A stretch of DNA of 64,000 nucleotides, from IMG/VR virus record IMGVR_UViG_3300027749_002876, positions 460,566 through 524,565 of that record; one strand, given 5' to 3'. Each line of letters starts with the position of its first letter. The first letter of the stretch is position 1. The notes beneath the pieces are model-generated. The model searched no databases and had not been told where the DNA came from. It worked only from the letters and a program-made list of their open reading frames with translations. A program made the translations under genes and the position numbers. This document shows positions 19,927 through 29,073 of the stretch, one piece after another.

Positions 19927-20344
19927 TATATTCTCCTTGTAAAAGCATATCAATATGCGCTGTTAAATTATCTACATCCAAACCATGTGCCAGATAACCT
20001 TCATATAAACAGTTATCATAACCCACACTTGGTGCAATTTCTGGACCTTTACTATTCATAATATAAGCCATAGCAACTGAACCATCAAGTAATACTACAT
20101 CAATCTTATTATAATAATAAGGATAACCTTCTAATCTATCTAATGATTTTTCACACTCAGGTGTAATCTCCCACAATACACCTTCCATTGCACTACCGGG
20201 AACAAGGTCAATATCGGCGTGGTGTCTAAACTTTAACTCAAAGTTAGGCAATACACAACGACCGAGACTAACCGCTTTTGGACAACGATTATTCATCTCG
20301 GCAATATTTGTATTCATACCATATGCAAAATAATATCTGTTCAT
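19904..20344 (-). CDS. Gamma-glutamylcyclotransferase-like protein
   Basis: YYFAYGMN, GVLWEI, LDRLEGYP. Confidence 0.85.
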   Translation of the reverse strand: MNRYYFAYGMNTNIAEMNNRCPKAVSLGRCVLPNFELKFRHHADIDLVPGSAMEGVLWEITPECEKSLDRLEGYPYYYNKIDVVLLDGSVAMAYIMNSKGPEIAPSVGYDNCLYEGYLAHGLDVDNLTAHIDMLLQGEYNEYTIQN

Positions 20345-20772
20345 TACCAGCTACTGTTATAAAATACTTTCAATCCTAAGAACACTTCTGCCTTAGCGTT
20401 ATTTACAAACTCAAGGTCTTGTTCATAGTAATGACTGTCAGCGGGATTACCAAAGAAGAAACCTTGTGTATCTGGAAGTTGACTATGCCGAATCGCTCGT
20501 TCAAGTTCATCCAAATCATCCCAAGTTAGTTCAAGTTCAATGCCATTGAATGTAGCATCACTATTACCTGTACCGGGCATACCCTTGCTTCGCCAAAGAC
20601 GTTCCATCCAACCATGCAAGTTAGGATGTTTACGCCAATAAGCAATTTCGTATGGCTTAGTAACAGTTGTACTTACAAATTCATTAACTGTTTTATCAAA
20701 CTCGGCAGTTTCATAATAATCATTGTATTGCCCTTTCTTGTTGGCAACATATGCATACATATCTAGTCCCAT
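20344..20772 (-). CDS. Conserved hypothetical phage protein
   Basis: MGLDMY...YWRKHPNLHGWM...GFFFG...YNSSW; start after GGAGGAG. Confidence 0.75.
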   Translation of the reverse strand: MGLDMYAYVANKKGQYNDYYETAEFDKTVNEFVSTTVTKPYEIAYWRKHPNLHGWMERLWRSKGMPGTGNSDATFNGIELELTWDDLDELERAIRHSQLPDTQGFFFGNPADSHYYEQDLEFVNNAKAEVFLGLKVFYNSSW

Positions 20773-20801
20773 AATCTCCTCCACCTTTTTACGTTTATAT
20801 T

Positions 20802-20930
20802 TCACTTTGTTTGTTCAATAGTCACTTCTTTAACCTTGTCTATGCTTTTATCAGCCATCTTAGCAATACCACTAAAGCCAACTGTTGAGACAACGATACC
20901 AAGAACAAAGCCTACTAATAAATTTATCAT
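20802..20930 (-). CDS. Small membrane protein
   Basis: MINLLVGFVLGIVVSTVGFSGIA TM helix; start revised after GGAG. Confidence 0.6.
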   Translation of the reverse strand: MINLLVGFVLGIVVSTVGFSGIAKMADKSIDKVKEVTIEQTK

Positions 20931-20932
20931 TT

Positions 20933-21166
20933 TCAAATCTCCGGAAATTCTAATTTTTGCCAATCTTCGGCATACTCTGTTTTTAACACAGTTGCCGCAT
21001 CTGTATAGCCATGATTGACTAATGTTTGAATACACTTTTCTACAATCAAACTAGCAAAAGCATCAGGATCAAAATCATATGTATATGTAGAACGATTACC
21101 TTCACCGTCTACTTCAACATAACCTTTGGCTTCTTTAAAAAGTTTTTCGATATCTTTATTCATCAT
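20933..21166 (-). CDS. Small protein, EKFAELIV paralogue family
   Basis: NKDIEKLFKEA...DAFASLIVEKC. Confidence 0.65.
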   Translation of the reverse strand: MMNKDIEKLFKEAKGYVEVDGEGNRSTYTYDFDPDAFASLIVEKCIQTLVNHGYTDAATVLKTEYAEDWQKLEFPEI

Positions 21167-21362
21167 TCAACTCCACCATTCCAAAATGTATAAGTAAATC
21201 TCTACCCAATAACGGACCATGTTCCCATGCACTACATGCATAACGATTACATTCCTGAACAATCAACTCGGCAAACTTTTCCATATTATTCGGCAATCCA
21301 ATTTCCAAAAAGTCTTTTGAGTAACCAGCCTGTTCAGCAAATTCTTTAAATAGAATGTTCAT
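21156..21362 (-). CDS. Small protein, EKFAELIV paralogue family
   Basis: FKEFAEQAG...EKFAELIVQEC...HFG. Confidence 0.65.
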   Translation of the reverse strand: MNILFKEFAEQAGYSKDFLEIGLPNNMEKFAELIVQECNRYACSAWEHGPLLGRDLLIHFGMVELNDE

Positions 21363-22099
21363 ACAATAACCTTCACACGATTAAGTTGGGTACTATTGTC
21401 TCTATAACCTTTAACAGTACCATAAATGTCATACATCTTTCCTACGTCTAATTCACTCTTGTAAGCAAAGAATACAACTTGGTCATCACTAGTGATACCA
21501 GTAATAAAATTTACATTGTAAGTTTGCGAATATGCCGATCTTAATACTTCAACACTCGTTGATATTTTATTACCAACTTGACCAATAAAACCACCAGTAG
21601 AAAAGTTAATACGCTGGTCTACTGTTTGACGTTTTACACCACGCTCATAGCAACTTGGCAAACTTGCAATTACTGCCAAATCATAAGTACCAGTGATAAC
21701 CTCACGATTGGCAATCAACATAGCATTGTTATCAAACTCACTTAGTTGTTTACCTTGTAGTATTTTGAAAGTAAATGCCTGATAGAAAGCACGAACCTTT
21801 TTACCCTGTTCACGGTCTTCGTCAGTAATCAATGTAGTATCAACCAACAAACTTTCAACAATCTGACGATTGGATAGTTTGTTTTGGCTCTTGTCGTCCT
21901 CGGTCAATACACTCAGTTTAACATACGCACCATTTGTACGTTGTGCCTGACAGGCCGCGGCCCATACATCATCGGCATTAAGATTCAACACAACTTTTTT
22001 AGTGTTAGACCTTGCACGATATGGAGTAGTGTCATCAGCATGACCCATGCGTTGGATCTGACGACTAGTCATATTTGATACGTTAGCAAATCCGTACAT
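21359..22099 (-). CDS. Hypothetical protein with probable C-terminal OB-fold
   Basis: C-terminal IYGTVKGY...TQLNRVK pattern; AAGGAG RBS. Confidence 0.6.
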   Translation of the reverse strand: MYGFANVSNMTSRQIQRMGHADDTTPYRARSNTKKVVLNLNADDVWAAACQAQRTNGAYVKLSVLTEDDKSQNKLSNRQIVESLLVDTTLITDEDREQGKKVRAFYQAFTFKILQGKQLSEFDNNAMLIANREVITGTYDLAVIASLPSCYERGVKRQTVDQRINFSTGGFIGQVGNKISTSVEVLRSAYSQTYNVNFITGITSDDQVVFFAYKSELDVGKMYDIYGTVKGYRDNSTQLNRVKVIV

Positions 22100-22109
22100 A
22101 ATTGTCTCC

Positions 22110-22367
22110 TTAAACGAATTCGTAAAACTTAACAGATGGGTCTAACTTTTGCAATTCTTTAGCCGCCATTGTCAATTCCTTGTAGCGTTTCTGAACCAGA
22201 CTACGGGGCAGTTCACCATCACAAGTCAAATTCTCGGGACTCAAATCACTATCGATTGAATCGGCAATCTTTTGACGGTCAGTAGCATTGTCTAATGTAA
22301 GTTCTTTGGCACCAAAGATTGTAGCGTAAGCGTTCTTGCGAACCAGATATGTTTTTAATGCTGACAT
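22110..22367 (-). CDS. Small early hypothetical protein
   Basis: LSPENLTCDGE motif recurrent in phage early proteins. Confidence 0.7.
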   Translation of the reverse strand: MSALKTYLVRKNAYATIFGAKELTLDNATDRQKIADSIDSDLSPENLTCDGELPRSLVQKRYKELTMAAKELQKLDPSVKFYEFV

Positions 22368-22401
22368 TTTTAACTCCTGTTGTTTAACTGTTTAAGATTC
22401 T

Positions 22402-22430
22402 ATTATATACCCAAAACCATTTATTGTCAA
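22402..22430 (-). promoter_or_regulatory. Sigma70-type early promoter (repeated cassette)
   Basis: TTGACA-ATAAATGGTTTTGGGTA-TATAAT, identical to 2962-2990. Confidence 0.9.
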
Positions 22431-22434
22431 CCTT

Positions 22435-22659
22435 TTAGCCACGAATTTCAAATGCAAATTCAGTGCCGGATCTAGTGACATAAATCTTACGGCCATAGAC
22501 CGTGATATAACCCCACTCACCGTCTTGGTAAATGTCGTGCGGGTCCTTTTCAATAGTGACATTACGGACTATTTCACAGAAACCATTGCGCCATGTAGGC
22601 AGTTTCTGCTTAAAATACTTATCGTTGTCACGTTGAACAATGAAGATTTTTGATTTCAT
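22435..22659 (-). CDS. Small early protein, probably leaderless
   Basis: Start revised to MKSKIFIVQRD, 6 nt after TATAAT. Confidence 0.65.
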   Translation of the reverse strand: MKSKIFIVQRDNDKYFKQKLPTWRNGFCEIVRNVTIEKDPHDIYQDGEWGYITVYGRKIYVTRSGTEFAFEIRG

Positions 22660-22665
22660 AAATGT

Positions 22666-22694
22666 ATTATACACCCAAATCCATTTATTGTCAA
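22666..22694 (-). promoter_or_regulatory. Sigma70-type early promoter (repeated cassette)
   Basis: TTGACA-ATAAATGGATTTGGGTG-TATAAT. Confidence 0.9.
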
Positions 22695-22957
22695 ATTTTG
22701 TATGAGCAATAACCACGGATTTTGCTTTGCTTATTGGTAAAACTCTCATTGAATTTTACTTCATAACCCTTGGATTTAAGAGCCGTCATCAGTGTTGACA
22801 GGTCACAGTCTTCCTCAAGGAAAGCATTAGTACCATTTTGGTAACTGTAAGGGGTGATTTTATCAGCGATACCAAGACTGACCAACTTAGCTTTGGGGAA
22901 GCGAGCCCAGGCGTGTCCGGGGTCACCAAATACTTTGATAGAGATTTTCTTTGTCAT
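22691..22957 (-). CDS. Small early hypothetical protein
   Basis: DPGHAW...FLEEDCD motif recurrent in phages. Confidence 0.7.
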   Translation of the reverse strand: MTKKISIKVFGDPGHAWARFPKAKLVSLGIADKITPYSYQNGTNAFLEEDCDLSTLMTALKSKGYEVKFNESFTNKQSKIRGYCSYKI

Positions 22958-22990
22958 TTCATAGTCCTTTATTTAACTGTCTAAGACTCT

Positions 22991-23019
22991 ATTATAGCAC
23001 AGTGTCCATTTAATGTCAA
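22991..23019 (-). promoter_or_regulatory. Sigma70-type early promoter
   Basis: TTGACA-TTAAATGG...(17)-TATAAT. Confidence 0.85.
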
Positions 23020-23028
23020 ATTTTAGGT

Positions 23029-23058
23029 AAAAAAAGCCCCAAAAACAGGGGCATTTTT
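23029..23058 (-). terminator. Intrinsic terminator (possibly bidirectional)
   Basis: GCCCC-UGUUUUU-GGGGC-UUUUUUU on minus; T-run also on plus. Confidence 0.8.
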
Positions 23059-23072
23059 ATGAACTAAAAGTA

Positions 23073-23342
23073 TTACTTTTTAGTAGTACCTTGGTTTACA
23101 AAACCGTACATCTTTTCAGCAGTTTCAAGGATCTTGTCTAGACCAGGAAACTCTGGCATGTTTACTTTGTTAACAATTTGTCCGGTCTTCTCATCACGTT
23201 CGGCACTGACTTCCCAGCCCATGTATTTGGCATGATACTCTTGACCTACTAAGTCTTTAGCCATTGATAAAATATCGGTACGAATTTCGTAGCCATTTTT
23301 ATTGAATTTAACTTCTGGTAGTTTTGGTGTAAAGTCTGTCAT
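23073..23342 (-). CDS. Conserved hypothetical phage protein
   Basis: KNGYEIRTDILSMAK...ILETAEKMYGFV; promoter TTGACA-17-TACAAT at 23369-23397. Confidence 0.7.
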   Translation of the reverse strand: MTDFTPKLPEVKFNKNGYEIRTDILSMAKDLVGQEYHAKYMGWEVSAERDEKTGQIVNKVNMPEFPGLDKILETAEKMYGFVNQGTTKK

Positions 23343-23638
23343 TTTATTTCCTTAAAAAGTGTGTGTTAATTGTAGTTTGTTTTGACTGGAATGTCAACGG
23401 GTTTTGGTAATGTACCATGATTAACCCACTCCCAGTCTTCGTCAGTCATAGGTTGCCATTGATTCATATCCAACCTTTAAATTCATTGTCAATGATTGGA
23501 TGTACTTCCCAACCTTCATTAGCCCATTTGAATAGCATGATTAGGTCGTTGATACATCTCATTTTACTTTGCCCGCTTTGTATACTTTAAAGTCTCGGAC
23601 TGTTTGTACTATTGATAATAGTAGTTGTTTGATTTTGT

Positions 23639-23833
23639 TCATAGATACCTCTGTTGTGATTTTCTTTCAAATTCATTAGTCAACCGTTCAATATCACCAA
23701 TATCCTTGGGATTTTTACTATTGATATATTGCTCCAATTGACTACCATATGATTGGTTAGATAGCAATCCCAATAAAGGAATTGCTATGCCAATCACAGT
23801 CATTGTAATGATTGTGAGTAATACTGATATCAT
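23639..23833 (-). CDS. Small membrane protein
   Basis: Start revised to MISVLLTII (TM); YGSQLEQYINSKNP. Confidence 0.6.
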   Translation of the reverse strand: MISVLLTIITMTVIGIAIPLLGLLSNQSYGSQLEQYINSKNPKDIGDIERLTNEFERKSQQRYL

Positions 23834-23834
23834 A

Positions 23835-24104
23835 TTACTTAGATTTTTTTGTATTGAAAGCAGGAACCATTGCTTTGAATTGGTCACTCATTTCTGTGTA
23901 GAAATCTTTGCTTGTGAAAATCATACCCAAAGCCATCATAGATTGCATTCCTGCATCTGCGGCTTGTTTTGTATATTTTGATTGTGCATCAACAAATGTA
24001 ATCATTGCTGATTTGATGCCGTCGTGTTGAACTGTTTGTTCTACGAATTTCTTTTTAAAGTCTGAAACGCCGTCAATAAAGGCGTAAGTTGCTGTGTTAA
24101 ACAT
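23835..24104 (-). CDS. Phasin-like amphipathic helical protein
   Basis: FIDGVSDFKKKFVEQTV...FVDAQSKYTKQA pattern; AGGAG RBS. Confidence 0.5.
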   Translation of the reverse strand: MFNTATYAFIDGVSDFKKKFVEQTVQHDGIKSAMITFVDAQSKYTKQAADAGMQSMMALGMIFTSKDFYTEMSDQFKAMVPAFNTKKSK

Positions 24105-24175
24105 TTTATATCTCCTATGTGTGTGTTTAAAATTGAGTTTTTATGAAGAACTCGTAACTTCATATATATTTATGC

Positions 24176-24481
24176 CTAGTCATATATTTCTCTATATTTC
24201 GACATAGCCATTTCTCTAGCCAGAAACAATCTTAATTGTACATAATCACTTAATTCCTCATCGTCATGTAAAGACGTTTCAATCTTTAATATGATACGAC
24301 GGGAATTAACTAATATGTCCTCATCATCAATTAGAACCTGATTTGGATCAAGTCCCCAAGTCCTAATTGCTATGAGTCTATATGGATTACTTCTTAGGAG
24401 CTTCGGCTTTTTTATCTTCGGCTTTTGCTGGGGCTGGACTAGCAGGCTTTGCGTCACTTTTAGTGTCTGCCTTGGGAGCAT
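24176..24481 (-). CDS. Hypothetical protein (true start uncertain)
   Basis: C-terminal ~60 aa looks coding; N-terminal part overlaps 24387-24656 in another frame. Confidence 0.35.
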   Translation of the reverse strand: MLPRQTLKVTQSLLVQPQQKPKIKKPKLLRSNPYRLIAIRTWGLDPNQVLIDDEDILVNSRRIILKIETSLHDDEELSDYVQLRLFLAREMAMSKYREIYD

Positions 24482-24656
24482 CCTTTTTCTTAGCTAATTT
24501 CATTTCAGCTTTTGGAGCTTCTGTTTTAGCAGGTGCAGCCGGTGCTACTGCTGCCGGAGTAGTAGTTGCTGGGGCTGTAGTTGCTTTTGCTGGCTCAGCG
24601 GCAAAAGCTGTTGCTACTGATAATGTTGTGATTAGGGCGATTGCTAATGTTTTCAT
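24387..24656 (-). CDS. Exported Ala/Pro/Lys-rich small protein
   Basis: Signal peptide MKTLAIALITTLSVATAFA, then low-complexity region. Confidence 0.75.
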   Translation of the reverse strand: MKTLAIALITTLSVATAFAAEPAKATTAPATTTPAAVAPAAPAKTEAPKAEMKLAKKKDAPKADTKSDAKPASPAPAKAEDKKAEAPKK

Positions 24657-24747
24657 TTTAAGTTTCCTTTAAGTTAATGAAGTAGATTTATGTGTCTACA
24701 TATATATAACGCAGTAGCTATTGATTCCGTTGACATAAATACATATT

Positions 24748-25239
24748 ATGTTATATATATCTTATCAAGGAATCTACGATGGCCAAGACTATGAAAGTGC
24801 CAATACTCCCAAACAAATAAACAAAGCATTGGGTAAAGGCTATAGTTGTTTAATAGACGTTTGGAGAGTAGACAACAAATTGTATGTAGGAAATGGTCAA
24901 CCGTTAATTGAAGTAACCGAGAAATATATACAGGGTAATAGATTTTGGATTAATGCTGTAAACACTGATATGCAAGATTGGATAGCTACACAATCAAGTA
25001 CATTGTATCCAAACTACTTTAATTTTGCGGCAAGTACCCCGCCCCCACCATATGCTACTGCTAGTAATGGGAAACTGATTACTCCCGGAACTGTACCTAT
25101 CAATAGTAATAGTGTTATGTTTTTACCAGAGATAAACGACCGTAGCTTATATACTATGGTTAAGGTAAAAAGCTACGGAATATGTAGCGGATTTTTAACC
25201 CTTATTAAACGTATGCGTAATGAAGGTGTTTGGTATTAA
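24748..25239 (+). CDS. Degenerate GDPD/PLC-like phosphodiesterase-fold protein
   Basis: YISYQG...ANTPKQINKALGKGYSCLIDVW resembles the HRG...EN...EIDV pattern with catalytic residues lost. Confidence 0.5.
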   Translation: MLYISYQGIYDGQDYESANTPKQINKALGKGYSCLIDVWRVDNKLYVGNGQPLIEVTEKYIQGNRFWINAVNTDMQDWIATQSSTLYPNYFNFAASTPPPPYATASNGKLITPGTVPINSNSVMFLPEINDRSLYTMVKVKSYGICSGFLTLIKRMRNEGVWY

Positions 25240-25400
25240 CCACCACGCCCAGTACGTCTAACTACGCTAGCACCACCAAATCCTTTGCTAGGTTTGGGTG
25301 ATTTTTGTTCTGTTTTCTTTCCATTAATCATTGGTGCATTTTTCTTTTTAGCTTCATTGGCTAAATTAATGAATGGATTTGGGTTTTTCTTTTCTGTCAT
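25236..25400 (-). CDS. Small basic protein
   Basis: Manual: MTEKKNPNPFINLA...RRTGRGG (54 aa), ATGA overlap. Confidence 0.55.
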   Translation of the reverse strand: MTEKKNPNPFINLANEAKKKNAPMINGKKTEQKSPKPSKGFGGASVVRRTGRGG

Positions 25401-25801
25401 TTTCTTACCTTTATTGAATCTAAGTAACTTACTATATCACCATATAGTTCAATCATCATAGCAATTTTGCTATCATATAATCTTATGTATGGTTTCTTTT
25501 TCTTACCTTCAATCTTATTTACACCCAAGTAGAAGGGGCATTTGATTTTTTTATTAATCTCCATAACATAAGCATGTTCACTAGTTCCCTCTCTAAGTTT
25601 AAAATCAGATTGATAATATTCAATCTCTGCCATTCTAAAAATGAAATCTCCATATTCTGTTAGTCGTAATCCATCTTGTCTACCACTGATCCATATACGC
25701 ATCATTAAATTATCCGCAGTGGAATCAATGCTTTTATTAGCAGGTAGTTCGGCCAATACGGCTTCGGTTATAATTTGTTTGATTGACTTACGATTAGTCA
25801 T
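25397..25801 (-). CDS. Hypothetical phage protein
   Basis: 134-aa ORF in a tightly packed operon. Confidence 0.65.
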   Translation of the reverse strand: MTNRKSIKQIITEAVLAELPANKSIDSTADNLMMRIWISGRQDGLRLTEYGDFIFRMAEIEYYQSDFKLREGTSEHAYVMEINKKIKCPFYLGVNKIEGKKKKPYIRLYDSKIAMMIELYGDIVSYLDSIKVRK

Positions 25802-26087
25802 CTGGATAAACTTTTTGGCCGTTGTTCATAAAAACGACACTAAATTTATCAGTTTTGAATTGTGCGTTTAATTTACGACACAGGTTCCTAGCGTGACCAG
25901 GATTGCTGAAGCTAGTTTTTTTATATTTTGGAGTTGCATCCGGATCTTGATAATGTTGGCTTTTTAAATTGATAGGTTGGTTATCATAGAAGACAGCCCA
26001 AATTCCTGCAGCCTCAACAATTTGATCGCACTTGTATGTATTCTTATCTACGATTTCTAACAAAATCTTTGGTTGTGTCCTAGACAT
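25794..26087 (-). CDS. Conserved hypothetical phage protein
   Basis: IWAVFY...PKYKKTSFSNPGHA. Confidence 0.7.
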   Translation of the reverse strand: MSRTQPKILLEIVDKNTYKCDQIVEAAGIWAVFYDNQPINLKSQHYQDPDATPKYKKTSFSNPGHARNLCRKLNAQFKTDKFSVVFMNNGQKVYPDD

Positions 26088-26281
26088 TAAAATCTACCGC
26101 CGTTAATTTCTAGTTGAATAACATTATCATCGGTTGCTTTTTTGGTATTAAGTAACTCATAATTTTCTGCTATTAACTTAGCTATCTCATCACGCAATGT
26201 TCTAGCCTCATCTATGGGCAAAACTAAATTAGTCCCCTTAGTGGCTGAAACCTTGTCAATGAAACGCTTTATAATAATCAT
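26087..26281 (-). CDS. Hypothetical protein
   Basis: 64-aa ORF, coupled start/stop. Confidence 0.6.
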   Translation of the reverse strand: MIIIKRFIDKVSATKGTNLVLPIDEARTLRDEIAKLIAENYELLNTKKATDDNVIQLEINGGRF

Positions 26282-26745
26282 ACATTATTTATCAAGGCCT
26301 CAGCTTCTTCTTCAGTTTTAAACGGACCTTGATACTGATAACGCTGGATAAAGATGTATTTAGGGCAAAAAATTGATTTTTCTTCACTACCTTGCTTAAA
26401 TGTGTACCATCCTGCGGCATGATAGCACTTACTTTTGGGAGTTTTAGTAAACAAATGTAATTTGCGTTTGATATCTAATACTGAATTATATACCTTATTT
26501 GTTGTGGGATATTCATTGAATGGTACTTCTTTCTTATCACTACTAAATTTACTGAAGGTTAGAAATTCAATATTTGCTATTTTTTTAATAGTTTTTGTAT
26601 TTTTGTAATGTGTTTTATTTCCGTTAAGTTTTACCTCAAATCCAGATCCATCAGCAAGTACATTGCCGACTTTCTCTGTACCATCAGTAACAATCCAGAA
26701 TTGATTTTTAACTACAGGTTTTGCAATTAATGTTTTATTAGTCAT
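26278..26745 (-). CDS. Conserved hypothetical phage protein
   Basis: LFTKTPKSKCYHAAGWY...FCPK...GPFKT. Confidence 0.7.
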   Translation of the reverse strand: MTNKTLIAKPVVKNQFWIVTDGTEKVGNVLADGSGFEVKLNGNKTHYKNTKTIKKIANIEFLTFSKFSSDKKEVPFNEYPTTNKVYNSVLDIKRKLHLFTKTPKSKCYHAAGWYTFKQGSEEKSIFCPKYIFIQRYQYQGPFKTEEEAEALINNV

Positions 26746-27020
26746 TTTTTTCTTTTCTTTGTTTCAGGTTCATCGTCAAAATTTGTTAATCGTGTGACAC
26801 CCTTATGCGTACATATTAACACATTTGTATATCTATTGTCAACCTTTAAAGGTAAATCTAAATGAATATGTAATTCAGGACCTCGAACTTCACTAATTAC
26901 AGTATCATTGCCCACACTACCTATCCAACGTATTTTACCATACATCCCGGTCACTCTAGCCATAAATTCATATTTAGGCTTATATCTATGTTGTTCGAAA
27001 TATTCAGCTAGACTTGCCAT
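26742..27020 (-). CDS. Hypothetical protein
   Basis: 92-aa ORF in operon. Confidence 0.6.
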   Translation of the reverse strand: MASLAEYFEQHRYKPKYEFMARVTGMYGKIRWIGSVGNDTVISEVRGPELHIHLDLPLKVDNRYTNVLICTHKGVTRLTNFDDEPETKKRKK

Positions 27021-27204
27021 TTTTTAATTCCATAACAGGTGCAATATTATTATCAAAAATCTGAGCCATTGTCTTATACAATCCTTTACGCTCGTCCGGC
27101 GTCATTCCTGCTACCCAGGGAGGACCATTTGGATCTTTATCTAATCCATAATCATGTCGATATGTATAACACATATCAGTAATGACTTCTTCCCGTGATT
27201 TCAT
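27004..27204 (-). CDS. Hypothetical protein
   Basis: MCYTYRHDYGL motif. Confidence 0.6.
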   Translation of the reverse strand: MKSREEVITDMCYTYRHDYGLDKDPNGPPWVAGMTPDERKGLYKTMAQIFDNNIAPVMELKNGKSS

Positions 27205-27401
27205 TATAGTTGAAACTTTTTCAAGTACTCTTTAGCCAAATTATAATCTTCTACAACTGGCTCATCTAACATTTTTCTGTATTCAATAATGATTTCCATA
27301 GCATAGGCCTGATCCTCATCTTCTAATGAGTACCACCACTCTTGTAATTCTTCCGGTGTTTTGTTTAAAATATATTGTAAGTTGTTGTAATCTCTACTCA
27401 T
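27204..27401 (-). CDS. Hypothetical protein
   Basis: AGGAG RBS, 65 aa. Confidence 0.6.
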   Translation of the reverse strand: MSRDYNNLQYILNKTPEELQEWWYSLEDEDQAYAMEIIIEYRKMLDEPVVEDYNLAKEYLKKFQL

Positions 27402-27410
27402 ATTATTCTC

Positions 27411-27605
27411 CTAGTTTTCCCAAGTTTCAAATCCAAAATGTTTTTTAATCAAATCATTAGCCTTGTACGGTTCTGCATTATCAGCAATATCAGCACATTC
27501 CTTGACAATTAACTCGGCTAACTTTCCTACATTGTCAACATTCATCCATTTGCCACTAACGTCGGTTCCCACTTGTGTAATCAATTCTTTAATTCGTTCA
27601 CTCAT
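27411..27605 (-). CDS. Small protein, EKFAELIV paralogue family
   Basis: SERIKELITQVG...GKLAELIVKECADIA...HFG. Confidence 0.65.
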   Translation of the reverse strand: MSERIKELITQVGTDVSGKWMNVDNVGKLAELIVKECADIADNAEPYKANDLIKKHFGFETWEN

Positions 27606-28603
27606 ACTAAACTTCCCTTATATGGACTGTTCAACCATTTCGAATATATTTCCGCTTGTGCGCTAATTTTTTGTAAATCATACTTGCCACAGAATTTTAG
27701 AAAGTGTAGACCCACTTGAGGAATAGTCTCAACTCGGACACTTTCACGAATACGTTGATCCACAGCATCTTTAATTTCTTGGGGCTGTGCAGTCAAGTCA
27801 ATGAGGGTTTTGTTGCGCTCAAATGCATCTTTAACTCGCACCTCAACATTATTGTGATCGACAAAACGTTGCAACATAAAATTATTATAATTAAAGCCCA
27901 TTTTATTTCGATCCTCAAATGCTTCACGAATACCAACTTTATTCTTAGTGCCTTTTTCTCTGGCCCCGGGGTACGCCGCAAATACGTTGTCGCTTGAATC
28001 ACCTCTGACCAATTTTTTAAATAATCCGTACTCGGGATCTTCTAAGAGTTTTGGTTCTTTAGTTTTCTTATCAATGACTGGTTTACCATTTTCTTTGAGA
28101 TATCCATTAGTAGTTACAAGTTCATTGCCTACGCCATTATATCTAGAAACTTTGTCTGTAATGAGTTGGTCGTAATCCGTGTCTGTGGAAATTATGTAGT
28201 GCCGATCTGATGGATGCAATGCGATGAAGCGGGCAATCATGTCATCTGCCTCAGCACGTTCGTGTCGCAGGACACTTACGTTGGTCTTGGATTGAATGTA
28301 TTCTGTAAATTTTGAATACGTGTCCCAAAACATTTTTGATTCTTCAGCCTCTTCCTCAGTAATAGACATAGCATCTACTACACGATTTTTTTTATATGGA
28401 GCATATAAATCTTTGCGAAAGCTACGGCCTTCGAGACAGAAAACGCAGTGGTCAATTCCAAAACGTTTTACTGCTTGATTCACACTTGCTAGTGTAAGGT
28501 GCAAGGCCATGCCTATCTTCTCTTCCAAGGTACTAGAACGTGATGCCACGTGTCTAGCACGGAAGAAAGTATTTGCAGTATCGATGAGAGCGTATTTTGT
28601 CAT
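27602..28603 (-). CDS. rnh: RNase H / 5'-3' flap exonuclease (T4 rnh-like)
   Basis: LIDTAN, FRKDLYAPYKKNR, EADD, ISTDTDYDQL, GDSSDNV. Confidence 0.9.
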   Translation of the reverse strand: MTKYALIDTANTFFRARHVASRSSTLEEKIGMALHLTLASVNQAVKRFGIDHCVFCLEGRSFRKDLYAPYKKNRVVDAMSITEEEAEESKMFWDTYSKFTEYIQSKTNVSVLRHERAEADDMIARFIALHPSDRHYIISTDTDYDQLITDKVSRYNGVGNELVTTNGYLKENGKPVIDKKTKEPKLLEDPEYGLFKKLVRGDSSDNVFAAYPGAREKGTKNKVGIREAFEDRNKMGFNYNNFMLQRFVDHNNVEVRVKDAFERNKTLIDLTAQPQEIKDAVDQRIRESVRVETIPQVGLHFLKFCGKYDLQKISAQAEIYSKWLNSPYKGSLV

Positions 28604-28609
28604 GTGTCT

Positions 28610-28638
28610 ATTATATACTACTATTTAGATGTTGTCAA
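28610..28638 (-). promoter_or_regulatory. Sigma70-type promoter, leaderless rnh transcript
   Basis: TTGACA-17-TATAAT-AGACAC-ATG. Confidence 0.8.
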
Positions 28639-28641
28639 GAT

Positions 28642-29073
28642 TTAAAACCCTTCAAGATACTTTTCTGGGTGCTTTAATGCGGTCTTCATAAAATCTTTAA
28701 GATTTGGTGTCTCTCTGGTTAATGGTAAATGTTTCTTTTTAACAATGAAGATACCAGGAATACGTGCGATTTTAGAACGATAATATTCTTCTAAAATATC
28801 CACTGTAATTCCAGTGTCCTTTATGCTAATGTATTCTGTGCGGTTGTAACCATTGAATTTAGAAAAGTGTTTTTTGAAGTAAGCTTTTCCATCTTCTTCT
28901 AGAGTACGAATCTTACCCTCAAGCCCGGGCCGTGCGATACATGCAAAGTGAATGATAACTTGATTACCTCCTTTTGAATATCCACCGATACGAGAACCAA
29001 AATCCTCTGTAATCCCGGGCTTTGAGTACAATTCTTTACCCTGCACTTCAGCAATGTAAAGTCCCTGTGTCAT
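28642..29073 (-). CDS. GIY-YIG/T5orf172-like protein
   Basis: GLYI...KPGITEDFGSRI...LE...TEY. Confidence 0.5.
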   Translation of the reverse strand: MTQGLYIAEVQGKELYSKPGITEDFGSRIGGYSKGGNQVIIHFACIARPGLEGKIRTLEEDGKAYFKKHFSKFNGYNRTEYISIKDTGITVDILEEYYRSKIARIPGIFIVKKKHLPLTRETPNLKDFMKTALKHPEKYLEGF

